A DNA stretch of 63,886 nt, the filler included, from Choristocarpus tenellus KU-1152 (Eukaryota; Protista; Phaeophyceae), in NCBI GenBank assembly GCA_964200185.2. It is 12 parts of 12 records of this genome, joined end to end, with 100 filler letters (N's around TTAATTAATTAA, not from the genome) between each part and the next. Parts side by side here need not be neighbours in the genome. Positions count along the whole stretch, not along the records: positions 35,937 to 40,088 come from CAXNAD020015956.1; positions 40,189 to 45,507 come from CAXNAD020011177.1; positions 45,608 to 49,475 come from CAXNAD020017487.1; positions 49,576 to 55,606 come from CAXNAD020009120.1; 8 more parts are not named here. One strand, 5' to 3'. Position 1 is the stretch's first letter, and each line of letters starts with the position of its first letter. The notes beneath the pieces were generated by a model, which saw only the letters and a program-made list of their open reading frames with translations, made no database searches and was not told where the DNA came from. Positions 40,068-52,500 of the stretch are shown one piece after another. Both the position numbers and the translations under genes were made by a program.

Positions 40068-40088
40068 GACCCAAAGTATCTTGGGGGG
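40068..40088. mobile_element. MITE family 1 terminus at contig end
   Basis: gacccaaagtatcttgggggg running into the gap. Confidence 0.75.
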
Positions 40089-42938
40089 NNNNNNNNNNNN
40101 NNNNNNNNNNNNNNNNNNNNNNNNNNNNNNNNTTAATTAATTAANNNNNNNNNNNNNNNNNNNNNNNNNNNNNNNNNNNNNNNNNNNNCCGGGACAACAC
40201 GCATCTGGTTGAAGAAATATAAAAAAGAGCCAGTCAAGGGGGGGGGAATGTGTTCAACCTTTGGGAAGGGGGGGCTGTGATGCTGTACTTTGTTGAGGGT
40301 GTGACGAATGGAGCTTCATGTTACAGTCAAGGAAATTTTTTCATTTTGAGGGGGATCAGTCGAACAAGAGGTGGGTGTAACGCGTATTGTTAAGCCCTAA
40401 GCTCGATTGCTTGGTGGTTATTCTATGTGCCAAGAAGTGTGACTTGAGGGTGTCGATAATTTGAATTAACTAGCATTACGCAAGACGCCTTGTTGTGGTT
40501 CAGAGTCAGTTGTGTACTCTAAGCAATCACCATATTCGCAGGTGATGGAATTGTATCTGCACATGCAACTGCATCTGTGAACAATAGGCGTCTGTCAGAT
40601 TGCATAGACACAAGCTATACGTACAACGGATGTATGTTCCAAGCCGTTACAGATGATGAGTGGAGCAAAGAAAATGCGGATACAACTGGCTGCATTTTGC
40701 CTCATCATCCAACCCCAGTCGAGGACAGATGAGGGTTATACAGGTGTACTCGGAGGTATATACCTTCTCGTGTACCCCTGGCTCTCTCTTCCTCTCCTCT
40801 CACAAAGCATTGCCATGTATAGGATACCCTCTTGAAGCAACCACTCACTACATCAAGACTTGTGGGCATGTATCACACTGCAGGCGCACTATCCTGAGCT
40901 TCTTCAAAGAGAGAGTCTTACACTGGATGGCATAATTGCAGCTGAGAAGTGGAACTGCCTGGGTATTGAATATTCTGCGTATTCACAGAAGACTTGCTTG
41001 CACATGGAGTACTTGGTACGGGGTGAGCTTGGAAGGTGTCTGGTTTACCTATAAATGAGCTGTTCTGGTTTCATTAGGCTCACCTTAAAACTGTTGAGCC
41101 AATGTATAACAGGTGGCAGTTGCGCAAGGAGAAGGAAGGGCAATGCATCACGGTAAGGAGAGTACCTGACCATGCTATGACGGGTGAGTGTTGCCCTCTC
41201 CCTTGCCACTACATGTACTTTACAGTACCTAACACTTATTAGTGACTAATATTGACGCAACAAAGAAAAGTAGCGACAGGACAAGGTCCTCTGAGAACCT
41301 TGTTGCCTTGGCATATCGTAGACTGTATTACACATGACATGGCAAGGGCACGCTCTTGACAGCATCAATGTCAACAATATTGACAACTTCATCTTATCCA
41401 CTCCTGGACCCAACCTGTAGTCCCTTCCCTCTCATCTGCGAAGGGATTGCAGTGCAATTTCATCCGTAATTCTCTAAAACCCCACATCCTCCAGCTTCGA
41501 GATTGCCCCACCCCTGCTTATGCACCCCCCTGACCAATGGCCAACGAAGTCGCAACAGGCAGACTCTCCCCTGGAACATGAATGACAACAGTGTTACCAT
41601 GGTGGTTACAGATGCAGGGCGCACAAGAGCAAAACAGGCTATTGGAATTCGCTTTCCCCTCAGGTGATGCATGCGCCACTTCAACAACTACCTTCTCTCT
41701 CCTGTTGCAGGAAGAGACGGGACTGGAGTGGGAACACATCACTAACTACAACAGGGGTTAACCACGCCATGAATTGCTGAAAAACGGTTTTCGAGAGCAT
41801 TGCCGACGTCTGAGGCGTAGACTAGGGTTTTGGGGAGGCCAGGAATGTGAATAGGACTAGGAATGAGAATTGGAGTAAGAGTCATGATAGGAGGGAACGT
41901 ATCCATTGAAGTGGCTAATGATCCATAGTTGCACTGCATCTTTGACCAGACCAATGACTAAGCCAGAAGCTTGATTCACGCCATCCCCTTTCCACCATAG
42001 CGGAGCACAGACCTTTGTACCTTACTAACTAACTAACTAACTGACTTTCTATTTTAGAAAGATCAAACACACATTTGTCATGGTCTGAGGAAACGACTTC
42101 TTCCCGAAAAACGTAACACCTCCAAACCTTATACCATCGACACATGGGCCTAGGATAGATTATGCTGAGGCCCCAATCACCGCCCACAATTTTCTTCCAC
42201 CAGTAGGAAGGGCTCTGGCAGCAAGTCGATTGAAGCGAGGTTGGAGAGGGAGTCCATGAGTCGTAGACAAAATCAAGCAGACTTTGAGGTTTGCAAACCC
42301 ACTGCGACGTGAAGCAAGGACTCCGAGTATAAAATATACTGCCAGATATAAGACTGGGACACAATCAAAGCAGCATGAAGGATCTTTACGTGCAAAAGAC
42401 ATGGGAGTAGTAGGAAACAAGGGATACAACTTGGACTATTAAGGGGTGAGGTGACTAACTCAACTGGATACATGACAATGAGGGGAAGATGGAAACGTTA
42501 GGAAAGGAAAGGCGAAGGGTAGAAAGATTAATTGCGAAATAGACCTGTGTGCAAGTGCTTGAGGCCGTCCTTTTCCATAGAGGCTGCTCCTGCTCCCCAC
42601 ATAGCATATTACCTCAACGTGCCCAAGGTTCTTCATCTTTCCACATTCTACTGAAATAGATACTGCTCTACTTCTCACCAACCAGTCACGTTTCGGGATT
42701 GTTGAAGAAGTTTTTCCTAATGTTTATTGGGCAGATCAAAAACGTATTTCTCCTGGCCTCGGTATGATGACCAAGTAAAAGGAACAAGTATACCTATCCT
42801 CCTTTTTCACCTTAGTCCAGGTGCCTACATCCCTCGGACTCGTTGCATGTTCCCTTTGGTTGACGTTCCTCTCCTTGGCGTTGAAGAAATCGCCTTGGTT
42901 CGAGGTCTGAGTATATTCTGCTGCGTCTCATCCGTGGC

Positions 42939-45390
42939 ATGAAGCTCCTGAGGTTCGCCAGGAATGGACGCACCTTTGCGTTACTCGTGGCAGTCGGATG
43001 TGTCACCTCCATGACTGATGGCTTCTTTATGAAGGCAGTGCACGCTTCACCCTTCCACACATTCTCAAGTGGTGCTTTTGATGCCACCGCTAATGGAGCG
43101 AGGAAGATTGGGGGGAAGAACCCCGCTATTGACACATACGCATGCATGATGTCAGCGAGCGAAAGTGTTGCTGATGTTGCCTCCTCTCTTGGGGGCAACG
43201 AGGAAGTCCTAAACGCGAATCAAAAGGAGATGGCTGCCACACTTCTTGGGCTGGGACAGGTGCAGCAGATGCGGGACGACTCCTGTTTGTTTTACTTCTA
43301 CCTTAGAATCTGGTTCACCTTTATCGCACAACCTTGCGACCAGCCGTTCATTTTCTCCTCTCCCGGCGCCCTTAACTTGCAGGCACGCATTTTCAGCTCA
43401 TGGCCAGCTCCCGGAACTAACGACCAGGATAAGCAGAGGATGATGGATCAGGTGCTGGAGCTGGATTCCAAGTACCCAGGAGGGATCACAGCGTACATCA
43501 CAAAGGTAACAACCTAGCGTTGAACGTGTGGGAACTGGGAAGAGGGATTGAGTCCTGTGCTTAGTATTGAAACTGTTCGATAGTCCCCAGTTATTTATGC
43601 AGATATATGTGACGGTTTGTTTTGAAGTTGGTTGAACGGTGCATTAGTAGGTGAGTTCATGACGAGTCGACTGACCTGGACCGGGAATAGGAAGGCGTTG
43701 ATACTCGAAGAGGGGTGCAGCTTTTGTGCCCGAGAGCTCGGTGACAGACTTCCATCTATTTCGTTAAATTAGATGTTGAATGGAAGTTCCGAGGCAGCCT
43801 TCAGGATCTGTTGGGAAGACGAATCTTTTGTTCTTTGGGGGGTCAATCGACGTAAGAGTTTTGAGTTGCACCGCTATGCAAAAGTTGTAGGAGACATTGA
43901 TGTTGTACTTTCAGGGACTCATAGTGGAGGAAAATCTCTTTCAAATATCATCTTTGTTGTAATCCCAAGTCTGGGTACATTTGAGGACTGATATTATATC
44001 TCCAAGTACTGCAGCACTGCCTGCCGTTTTGTCCTACTGACAAGAGTATGATGTTGGCAATATAGCACATGCTTACACACTCAAAGTTCTTGCATTTTTT
44101 TTGTAGAGAGAGAGAGAGAGAGAGAGAGAGTGCAAAGTGCATTGGGTCCTCCCTTGGTGAAGTTACAGTTGGACTGTTTCAGTGCAGCTCCCCTGTCTTT
44201 CAATCTTCTTGTCTTGTTTGTCCCTGAGGACAATCTACTTTCATCTCATGTGACAATCTACTTTCATCTCATGTGACAATCTACTTTCACCCCACGTGAT
44301 CCACTGTGCAAAGTTCCGCAGACACCTTAGGTGCACTATCTGCCCCTCATTCATCATCTTGGAATCCCTCCCCCCATATTAAAAGTTGAGACTGATGTTG
44401 AGGGTGACGTTTGAAAAGGCATGTGTGTGCCAAAATTTGGCAATGATTTTTGGCAATGACAAGAAAACCACACTGCCTTATCAACCCACTGTGCACCTGT
44501 ACGAAAGGAAAACAATATAAAATCACTACACACTACAGTTCCCACCGAAAAATGTATGTTGACAGTTCCAATGTGCTTGTTTAGTTTGGAATGAAGAATT
44601 GCTGCCCAGTTTGACCAATCAAGCCCCTTGGGATTTTGCTCTCTCCCGCCTGCCCTCCCCCCACCCCTCCCACCTGTTACAGACAGTAGAAGTGGCTTCA
44701 TTGGAAGGCCTGATCTGTTCAGAAATGTCTTTATCTTAGGGTTATGGTTATGGTTAGACTGGGGTTCGGTGTGATACCTGATGTTTTTTTGTGCCCTAAG
44801 CTGGTTTTCTAGAGAGCCACGCTGTACTGGATTAATGTCGACAATAGCATGATAATGTTTTGTTCTATTTTGTGTACTGCGATGCACCGAGTGTATCTTC
44901 AACACTTGAAACAATTCCAGTACATTTTAGATAAAACATTCCAACATGCCACTAAATGTTTTGCCACAAAATAGGAAATATCTGATATTCCCCCCTTCCA
45001 CACACACACACCTCTCCTCCCTACTGTAGCTGCTCCTCACAGAAGCAACTGCACCATTCAAGACCTTGGAAGGCGATAGTTACGCATGTGTTGCCCACAT
45101 GTCACGCTCTCTTTGATGCACAACGCCTCATGCAAGACAAAACAATTTGTTTTTTTTCATGAATATATATGTATGTATGTTTTATTGTAACGACATTAGA
45201 CTGACTCACTACCATCGCCTGCATCCCTTAGGCACGCCGACTCCTGAAGGAATCCGCAGAGGGTGTCAATCCCTTCGAAGGCTTTACACCAGAGATCCCT
45301 GATGGTGAGGTGCTGGAGTTTGGCACGAAGGAGTTCGAGGCCATGGAGGAGGCGGGACTCGAGGCTGTTTCCAAAACCGCGTTTGTGCTG
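42939..45390 (+). CDS. USP: UDP-sugar pyrophosphorylase, 5' part, with signal peptide and transit-peptide-like leader
   Basis: Exons 42939-43259, 43383-43505 and 45232-45390 give LLGLGQARIFSSWPAPGTND..K..MMDQV.ELDSKYPGGITAYITKARRLL.ES.EG.NPFEGFTPEIPDGE.LEFGT.EF.AMEE.G.....KTAFVL. This matches plant/algal USP up to the start of the VAGGLGERLG loop. The rest is beyond the contig end. Confidence 0.92.
44229..44298. repeat. 23-bp tandem repeat, 3 copies (USP intron)
   Basis: GACAATCTACTTTCATCTCATGT repeated; the third copy is diverged. Confidence 0.9.
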
Positions 45391-45716
45391 GTGGGTTAAA
45401 ATCGGCTTGTTGCATGTCATCGGTTGAAGTAAGGTCTGATGCTTGTCGGTATGGGGTTGTTTAGGGTTGACTTAGGATTGTTTAGGCGACCTCTCCAAAT
45501 CCCCCCCNNNNNNNNNNNNNNNNNNNNNNNNNNNNNNNNNNNNNNNNNNNNTTAATTAATTAANNNNNNNNNNNNNNNNNNNNNNNNNNNNNNNNNNNNN
45601 NNNNNNNTTTTGACCAAAATAAACCTCCACCATCGTCCGTGGAAAAGTTTTTTAATGCTTTTTGAATCTCTCTCGCCCCCCCCCCCCCCCCCCCCTACTT
45701 GTCTCTGTCTTGAAAG

Positions 45717-47493
45717 ATTTGGAATGCACATGGATATGGGTGTGATCGCAATACTCACCGCATTGTGCAGCCTCACGGGTTTGCCCTGGCTGGTAGCAGC
45801 AACTGTGAGGTCACTCGCCCATGTGAAGAGTCTTGCCAACTATGAGCAGCTTGGTGGCGGACAAGAACGCATCTCCAGCATGACAGAGCAGAGGTGAATC
45901 GATTGTCGGCAGGGCCTGTCGTGATAAAGCCTTTTTCCTTCTTTGTAACTTACATGCCATTTTGTGGCTGCGGTAGTAGTGATAGGCTCTGAGAATAACA
46001 AGTATTTTTTGGGCGGGCCACGAACTTCTCCTGAAAACCCACGATTCCGGGCACCTGGAAAGTGTTTTGTGGGCAGGACAAGAGGTCAGTACAAAGTAGA
46101 TAGTAGATTGCTCACGGTGTGCGTTACGCCTGGATCATGGTTGATGGTTCCTGCTGTAGTCATGCCATACAGGTATCCAAAATTGGCCTCTCTTGTGTTT
46201 CTGATGCATTTTTAGTTTCCAACATGCATCAGGTCTTGTATGATACCGCCATTGTAACAATATATATATGTATATATCTTGCAGGTTGAGCGGACTGGCC
46301 ATCCACACCCTCATTGGTGGAGCTATCCTCAAGTTCCGCTCGCAGCTTGCTCAGGTGCGTAAATCTCATTGAGAAAGCTGTACTGTAAGAAACGGGGAGG
46401 AGGTCTTAAACTTCGGTATGAGGTTTATAATAAATTATGTCGTCAATGTAACCAAATTATCAACGGTTATCAATTTGGGTCTTAGTTTCAAGAGAGAAAA
46501 AATTACAGTACTTTCTTTTTCTCCTCTTTTATTTTTCCCTGGGAAGCATATACTCAAATACCGTATTTCAGGAGATTGTTGAAACGTTTGACCAATTAAT
46601 TGCTGAATTGACTTGCGTGAGAAATTATGCTCGTGTTGGACCGCGGCTTCTTGGGGAAGCGAGACGAAACTGTTGGGTTTAAAGGTTAAAGTAATAATAG
46701 TGTGCCATCATGAGCACCTAGTTACAAGTATGGAATGCAGGGCTAAACTATGTTTTGTCTGGCGCGCGCACATTTTTGCATGCAAAAGCCGAACAAAATA
46801 GCTATGCCCCCTTCTTCACATGCCTGTTGTTGTTCATTCTGTGAATCTATTGTCAATCCCTGTAGATCTGAACAAACAAGACAGACCTTGCCGTTGTCCT
46901 TTCAAGCCCCCCCCCCAAAAAAATATGAACGGACGCTAGTTGATTAGATACACCAGCATTGAGAAGTGAGTGAGATTGCAGAGGAAGGTACCAAAATAAG
47001 AGATTGATTTGGTGTTCACCTCTGATTTTTCTTAGGGCTTAGGGTAATAGCGTTGTTTGCTCAAGTCCTCTGTACACCCCAGTCTTGGGTAATTGCTCTG
47101 ACTCTGATGTGTGGTAAACCCCTCCAGACTGCTCCCACCTTCAAGAAAGGTATTGGCCTTTTGACCAATAGAAGTAGCATAAGAACATCCCTGTTTCGTC
47201 TTTTTTTACAAATGAAAGGTGACCATCTTGATCGTTTCAAGAATATATGTTTTGTCAAATTATGAAAGATGGCAAAGACAAGTGTCAAATATTTTTACTA
47301 TTTTTGATGAGAACAGCCCTCCTCACACCCTCTGAATGTGATGCATTGGTGACCTACACACACAACACCCCATCAGATCCCCTTGGCGGTGACCATGGGA
47401 CTCTTCCTCTACCTTGGTGTGGGTGGACTGCAGGGCAACCAGCTGTGGGACCGTACCAAGCTCCTCATTACTGACCCCAAACTGCGCCCAGAT
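45717..47493 (+). CDS. SLC4: SLC4-family bicarbonate/anion transporter (BOR1/band-3 type), internal transmembrane exons
   Basis: Exons 45717-45893 (GMHMDM...CSLTGLPWLVAATVRSLAHVKSL...EQR), 46285-46354 (LSGLAIHTLIG) and 47377-47493 (IPLAVTMGLFLYLGV.GL.GNQLWDR.KLL). These are hallmark SLC4 C-terminal TM motifs with consistent phases. Confidence 0.93.
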
Positions 47494-47559
47494 GTGAGTT
47501 CATAAGCATTGGTTAGCATTTTTGTGGTGTGGTTTGTGACCATCTCATCTTCATCCAGA

Positions 47560-49100
47560 AGTGCATTTGAACAGATTCTCGGTAATGTACCATAACCCTA
47601 AACTCACTACGAACTTTTCAAGGGTAATTTGTTGTATACCTGGGACCAGCATTGGAACAGGCTCCTTATTCACACAGTGTTGCATCAAGTTGCAAGAAGT
47701 TCTGTTTATGTTGTGCTATTATGTTTGGATAGTAGCTGTGATATTTGTGTTCTGAATCGCTAAAATTCGATTATTCCAAGTGCGCTTGAGGTCGAAAATC
47801 AAGGCTTTAGACTTTATTGTTAATTTTTTTGTGAGCTGCACACAGGTTTTAATTCTATTCTTGCAGGCTGCAACAGCAGTAGTAGTGTTGATTTGCTCAT
47901 CACAATTACCTAGGATTTTTATCCAAGAGAATACCCGAAGAAGTTTGGTTCATTTTTTTAATCTATTGTTGAAACGAGACTATATTGCCTCAATTGTTTA
48001 TTTCTTGAAAGTCTTTTATTGTACTGTTGTGAAGTTGTAATCAGTAGAGAGTATAGGACTTTGTTTGCTGTTGTCTGTGTTCCCTTCGTATGTATACATT
48101 CCAAAAAATAATGTGCGCTTTCTAGAAGAGTTGTATCAGTGACAAGATAAATCCACCGTATATTCTTTGGCCTTTCCAGAGCAAAACATGTGCAAATAAA
48201 TAGCCTCTCCAAGATATTACAGGAGATTGTGCTTCTGGCAATATGGAGAAGAATACAGGAGAGAGTTGAAGTCAAAATTTTGCGATTTTGGTAGAGCCTT
48301 ACGCCTTGTGCGCCTTCTTTGAATCGATTTAATTGAGCATCATCCATCTGGTTCGAGTTTAATATCGTGAATTATTTCAGGGTGCAACACCTGTTACTTC
48401 CTGATCTGCTATTGATACATCCTTAATTTTTATGTTGCAGCAATGTCCACAAACCTAATCCTCCGCAAAACTTCGTTGTTACATGTGTTGTACATTGTGT
48501 GCTTGGGGTAGCAGCAAATAGCATGATGCTTTCGTTTATACAAAGCCACAACAAAATTTGGAACTTTGGTGTAGTAGTGTACAATCATAGGGAGCAAACG
48601 CTCAAAAGTTTGGTTCTGCGGTTTTACTTGAGGTTTTATTAGCGACCTGTCCGTCTCACAAGGATCGAACTGTACAAGGCTATTACTTGAAACATCATGG
48701 ATCACATCACTGAATATAGCCCCAGTCTGGACTGGATTTGAAAAAAAGGTGTTTGCTGGATGTTCTTTGGAAGAATGTACGACCCATAATAGCATCGGAT
48801 AAGAGGAGGTTATCCAGTGAGCTGAAAGATTAGGTGGATGTTGATGCAGGTTTAGGGTTTGGGTTGTCCATGTGGACATTTCTTCAGTTGATACAAGTAG
48901 GTTGAAACGGGCTCTGCTTGTGCTGTAGGACGATGTCATCACGAAAATGCTGTAGGATGCTATGTAACCTTCCTGAGTGGCATTTGATCTCACCTTCCTA
49001 CCATGCCAGGAACCATGGACAACAAAGATGCCTATTAAGAAGACTAACATCTTCACCCTGGTGCAGCTTGGATGCCTTGCCTCGATGATGTGAGTTTGTC
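47560..49100 (-). mobile_element. Possible decayed DNA transposase (hAT-like) within an SLC4 intron
   Basis: Long antisense ORFs 48430-49056 and 47958-48347, with frameshifted pieces (YPMLLWVVHS; LLQHK; TIEAI*SRF) loosely resembling hAT transposases. Confidence 0.35.
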
Positions 49101-49396
49101 CTTTAAGTGTGAATGTGTTATTGTATTGTACCCCTTGTCTTGTCTCACTTACAACAGATTGTGCTTCTTGTCAACTCCATGCACTCACAGTGCATTTTAG
49201 TCTTTTTATACCTGTTAAGTTTAGGGTTTGTGTGTATTTGAGAGATAGACTCGTCGAAACATGTCTTGCACTTTTCGATGGATAGGCAATGCTGGCATTT
49301 TGTCTCAGTATACCACGACAGGATTAGTAGCTGGCATAATGTGTTTTACGGAAGGCCTGGTCTTATTCAAGTGAGGATACAAAGCATATTATAAGA

Positions 49397-49434
<38 letters not shown>

Positions 49435-49575
49435 ATAAACAGGGAACACGGGGGGTATATGTGTGTGAAAAAAACNNNNNNNNNNNNNNNNNNNNNNNNN
49501 NNNNNNNNNNNNNNNNNNNTTAATTAATTAANNNNNNNNNNNNNNNNNNNNNNNNNNNNNNNNNNNNNNNNNNNN

Positions 49576-52500
49576 CCAAAAAAAACAATATTATTGACAA
49601 CCTCACACCGTGGGGGGGGGGCCCCTGGTTGGCCCCCCCCCCCCCCCCCCCCCCCCCTCCACATTTCCGTAGCTTTGGTTCCCCTAGCGGCCGGCTGACT
49701 GAAAAGTTCAAGGCGAATGGGGGTCGCCTGACCAGCAACTTGGGGAAGGGATGGAAGCCGCCCCTGCAAATGTCGGAAGGGGGCGACGGGGAGGCCCCTT
49801 TGGAAGTGTCAGATGAGCCAGGCGATGAGAAAGATGATGTTGGGGAGGATTTGCCGGTGGTTGATTCGTTGATTGAGGTGGGTAACAGAATGGCCCCAAA
49901 GTGAATTGAAATTGCTGTGTCCGTGATGGAAATGAGCATGATGTAGGTTTTTGAGACTACATGGAGTGTGCTGTGATGAAGGTGCGCTTTTGTAATTCTC
50001 ATCTCCATCTTCTGTGCGGGTGTTTGAACCAACTATTTGGCTGGTGCAAGGGTGGAACAGCTTCAGGGGCTGTCAGTGCAAGTGGTGCTGTGGTTGTGAC
50101 AGAAGAGCCTAACAAGGAGGGGAACGTGCTTGTTCGGTGGGTTGCACTTGACTCTGAAATGCATTGCAACCACGCCTGATGCTTCTCAGTCCTTTATGTT
50201 GTAGTAGTACAGGAAATAGGTTGCCCAGAGCGCTATAGAGTACAATTGAGTTAATGCATCCTGGAAATTAGTTTCGATGTGTAGCATGTGCAATGGACTA
50301 ACCAAATCGTCATGGTCAATGGGTTGCGCAGTATTGCTGAAGCGGCTGTATGATTGAGGAAGTAGTAGTCATCACCCCCTAATCCTCAATCATACCCCCT
50401 GCCTGGATGAGACGGCAGTGAGATATCTTGCTTGCTACTAGTGTCTTTGTGTCTTAGGGACTTCGAGAATGGTGTAAAACGAGTGGGGTTTCTCCACCTT
50501 GTTTGGTCTTGATTGGGATGGTTTGATGCTATTAGATTGTATAGTGTAGTCCATGTTGTGTTGTAGCGGTGGTGGTACTTGAGGAGGTACCATGCCTGCA
50601 CTTTGTTGTAGAGTGATGATAGAGTGATGAAGTATGTGTGGTGTGTTACCATTGAAGAATGGATAGCATCATTATTTCATCAAGAGCTTTAGCTCGCAGA
50701 CCTACTGCAGCATGTCATCCTATGTATCACTTGGCCCTAGGCACACTGTTCTACTACTGTGTGTGTGTGTGTCTGCTTGGTAGCCTACATGTTGTTGTGG
50801 TGGAAATTGTCAATTGATACACCACTCCATAGTGGAAAAACTACGGTGGTCTCAGTGCTTTTGTTTTGATGTGTTGTGAAACTATGCATCCCTCTTTTGT
50901 TAGATGTGCAGGCAAGGTCCTGCGCTCTGTGAAGACATTCCTGGGTGCAGGCAAGGAAAAGCCAAACTTCAAGGAGCTGGGAATCTACGCATTGCTGAGC
51001 TATGGTTTTGTTAGCAATGCAAGTTACTCTATCCTCACTGGGATTGCGTGGTATATCTCATCTGCCAAGTCAGGTGTGCCCCTCCTCCAGGAACATGTGA
51101 CTACTCTACACACTTTGCCGTCACCTGAAGTGCCTTGACGACTACCCACTTTTAATGTCTGGTTTGATGCAGTGGTTGCCTGTTTCACCTTTTGATAGTC
51201 AAGTGCTTTGCCCTTGAAGCACTTTTTGGGGTGATGTGTGTGAGGTTGCAGGGTGGCTGCATCTTACTGGCTTGATGTTATGGTGAGGCTGTTCTATTGG
51301 TCGGAATGTTCCTTTCGTACCCTATGAACTCCACTAGTCAATATATATATATTATGATTACACTACTGTTTCTATTTGGAAATGGATGTTTGTATTCATT
51401 ACTGTTATTGGAGGATTGTAATAGGCTGTGCTCTGTAACATTGATCTGCAGGTGGTAAGAACCTTACCTACCATGAAATCATGCCAAGGTTGAAGGAGTA
51501 GAGTGTGCTGCAGGGGGGAGGCATGGTATTGGCTCAATAGGACAGCTATTTTCTTACTCTGTTAACGCCTTTCTCTTCTGTGCTGTATCTCCTGCTCATC
51601 AATTCGTACACTTAGACCGGACTGTGTATGTCCGACTGTTGGAAGTTAGAGACACGGAGACCCAGTTGTGGCTTTTCGATCTCCTCTGAACACAATATCT
51701 TAACGGCTGTTTCGAATGCGATTTTTATACAATCCAAAGATTGCAATGGCACCTGGTTATGTACTAGAACAGGGACAGGAGGGGCTGCATTATGGGTTTT
51801 AACATTGTGGTGTCCCGTGTGTGATCTCTTGAACCCAGCAATGGCCCTGATCTCCCTCCAGTGGTTGTCACTTGAGAGTTAGATTTTGTCAAGGCCTCAT
51901 TGAGTTCCTCATGCTGATGCTGATTCGACTTGATTTTCGGTGGTTTGTACATTGATTGCCTCTTTATTTCTGTCGCCGGATGTGCAGGATTGTCTCCTCT
52001 AGCTCCGGATCAGTGGCAGCTCTTCATGGTATGCTGGACGGGCCTATGGGCTATGAACAATCTTCTTAGGTAAGTTTTGTGTTGATAGGATGACAAGTGA
52101 CGGATGACCTTTTTTTGTTTTTCTTTTGGTGGTAGTGGCAGCGTTCTCAGGCGCATTGTGTTTCGAAAGTGTAGTATAGTAGAGTGTGTTGGACAAATTC
52201 ATGTCTTCTCTTGTTGTAGTGGTCACTGACGTGATGAGAGTGTGTTGTGTACGTAATCTGCTGCACCCTCGACTGTTATCCTCTTTACCTCCCGGGGAAG
52301 TGTGTTTTCTGCATGTATGCAGGCTGTTGTGTTTGAGGGATGATCGCAGTTGCCCCTGTCTGCGTAGTACATGATGTTGTGTATGGTTGTCACCGAGGAA
52401 AACCTATCGTAGTGTGTCAGTGCAGCAGTTGATGTGTTGCCTATTGTGTTAAGCGGTTCCTTAGCCTAACTCTACCCTTTAGCAAAGCATACTCCTGTCC

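Noticed and set aside
40500-42480. Possible retroelement remnants (SDHDKCVF and CRWYK resemble Copia RT)
   Set aside because: Motifs are too few and too degenerate to support a call without a search.
42812-43198. 128-aa minus-strand ORF
   Set aside because: Antisense shadow of USP exon 1.
44354-44914. 186-aa minus-strand ORF in USP intron 2
   Set aside because: No recognisable motif or splice structure and a non-ATG start. Likely chance.
48430-48560. Possible Fanzor/TnpB C-terminus (C..H...C...DIAA)
   Set aside because: No RDxNA(A/S)xN motif, no properly spaced CxxC pairs and no RuvC-I motif seen. Adjacent frames fit a decayed transposase better.
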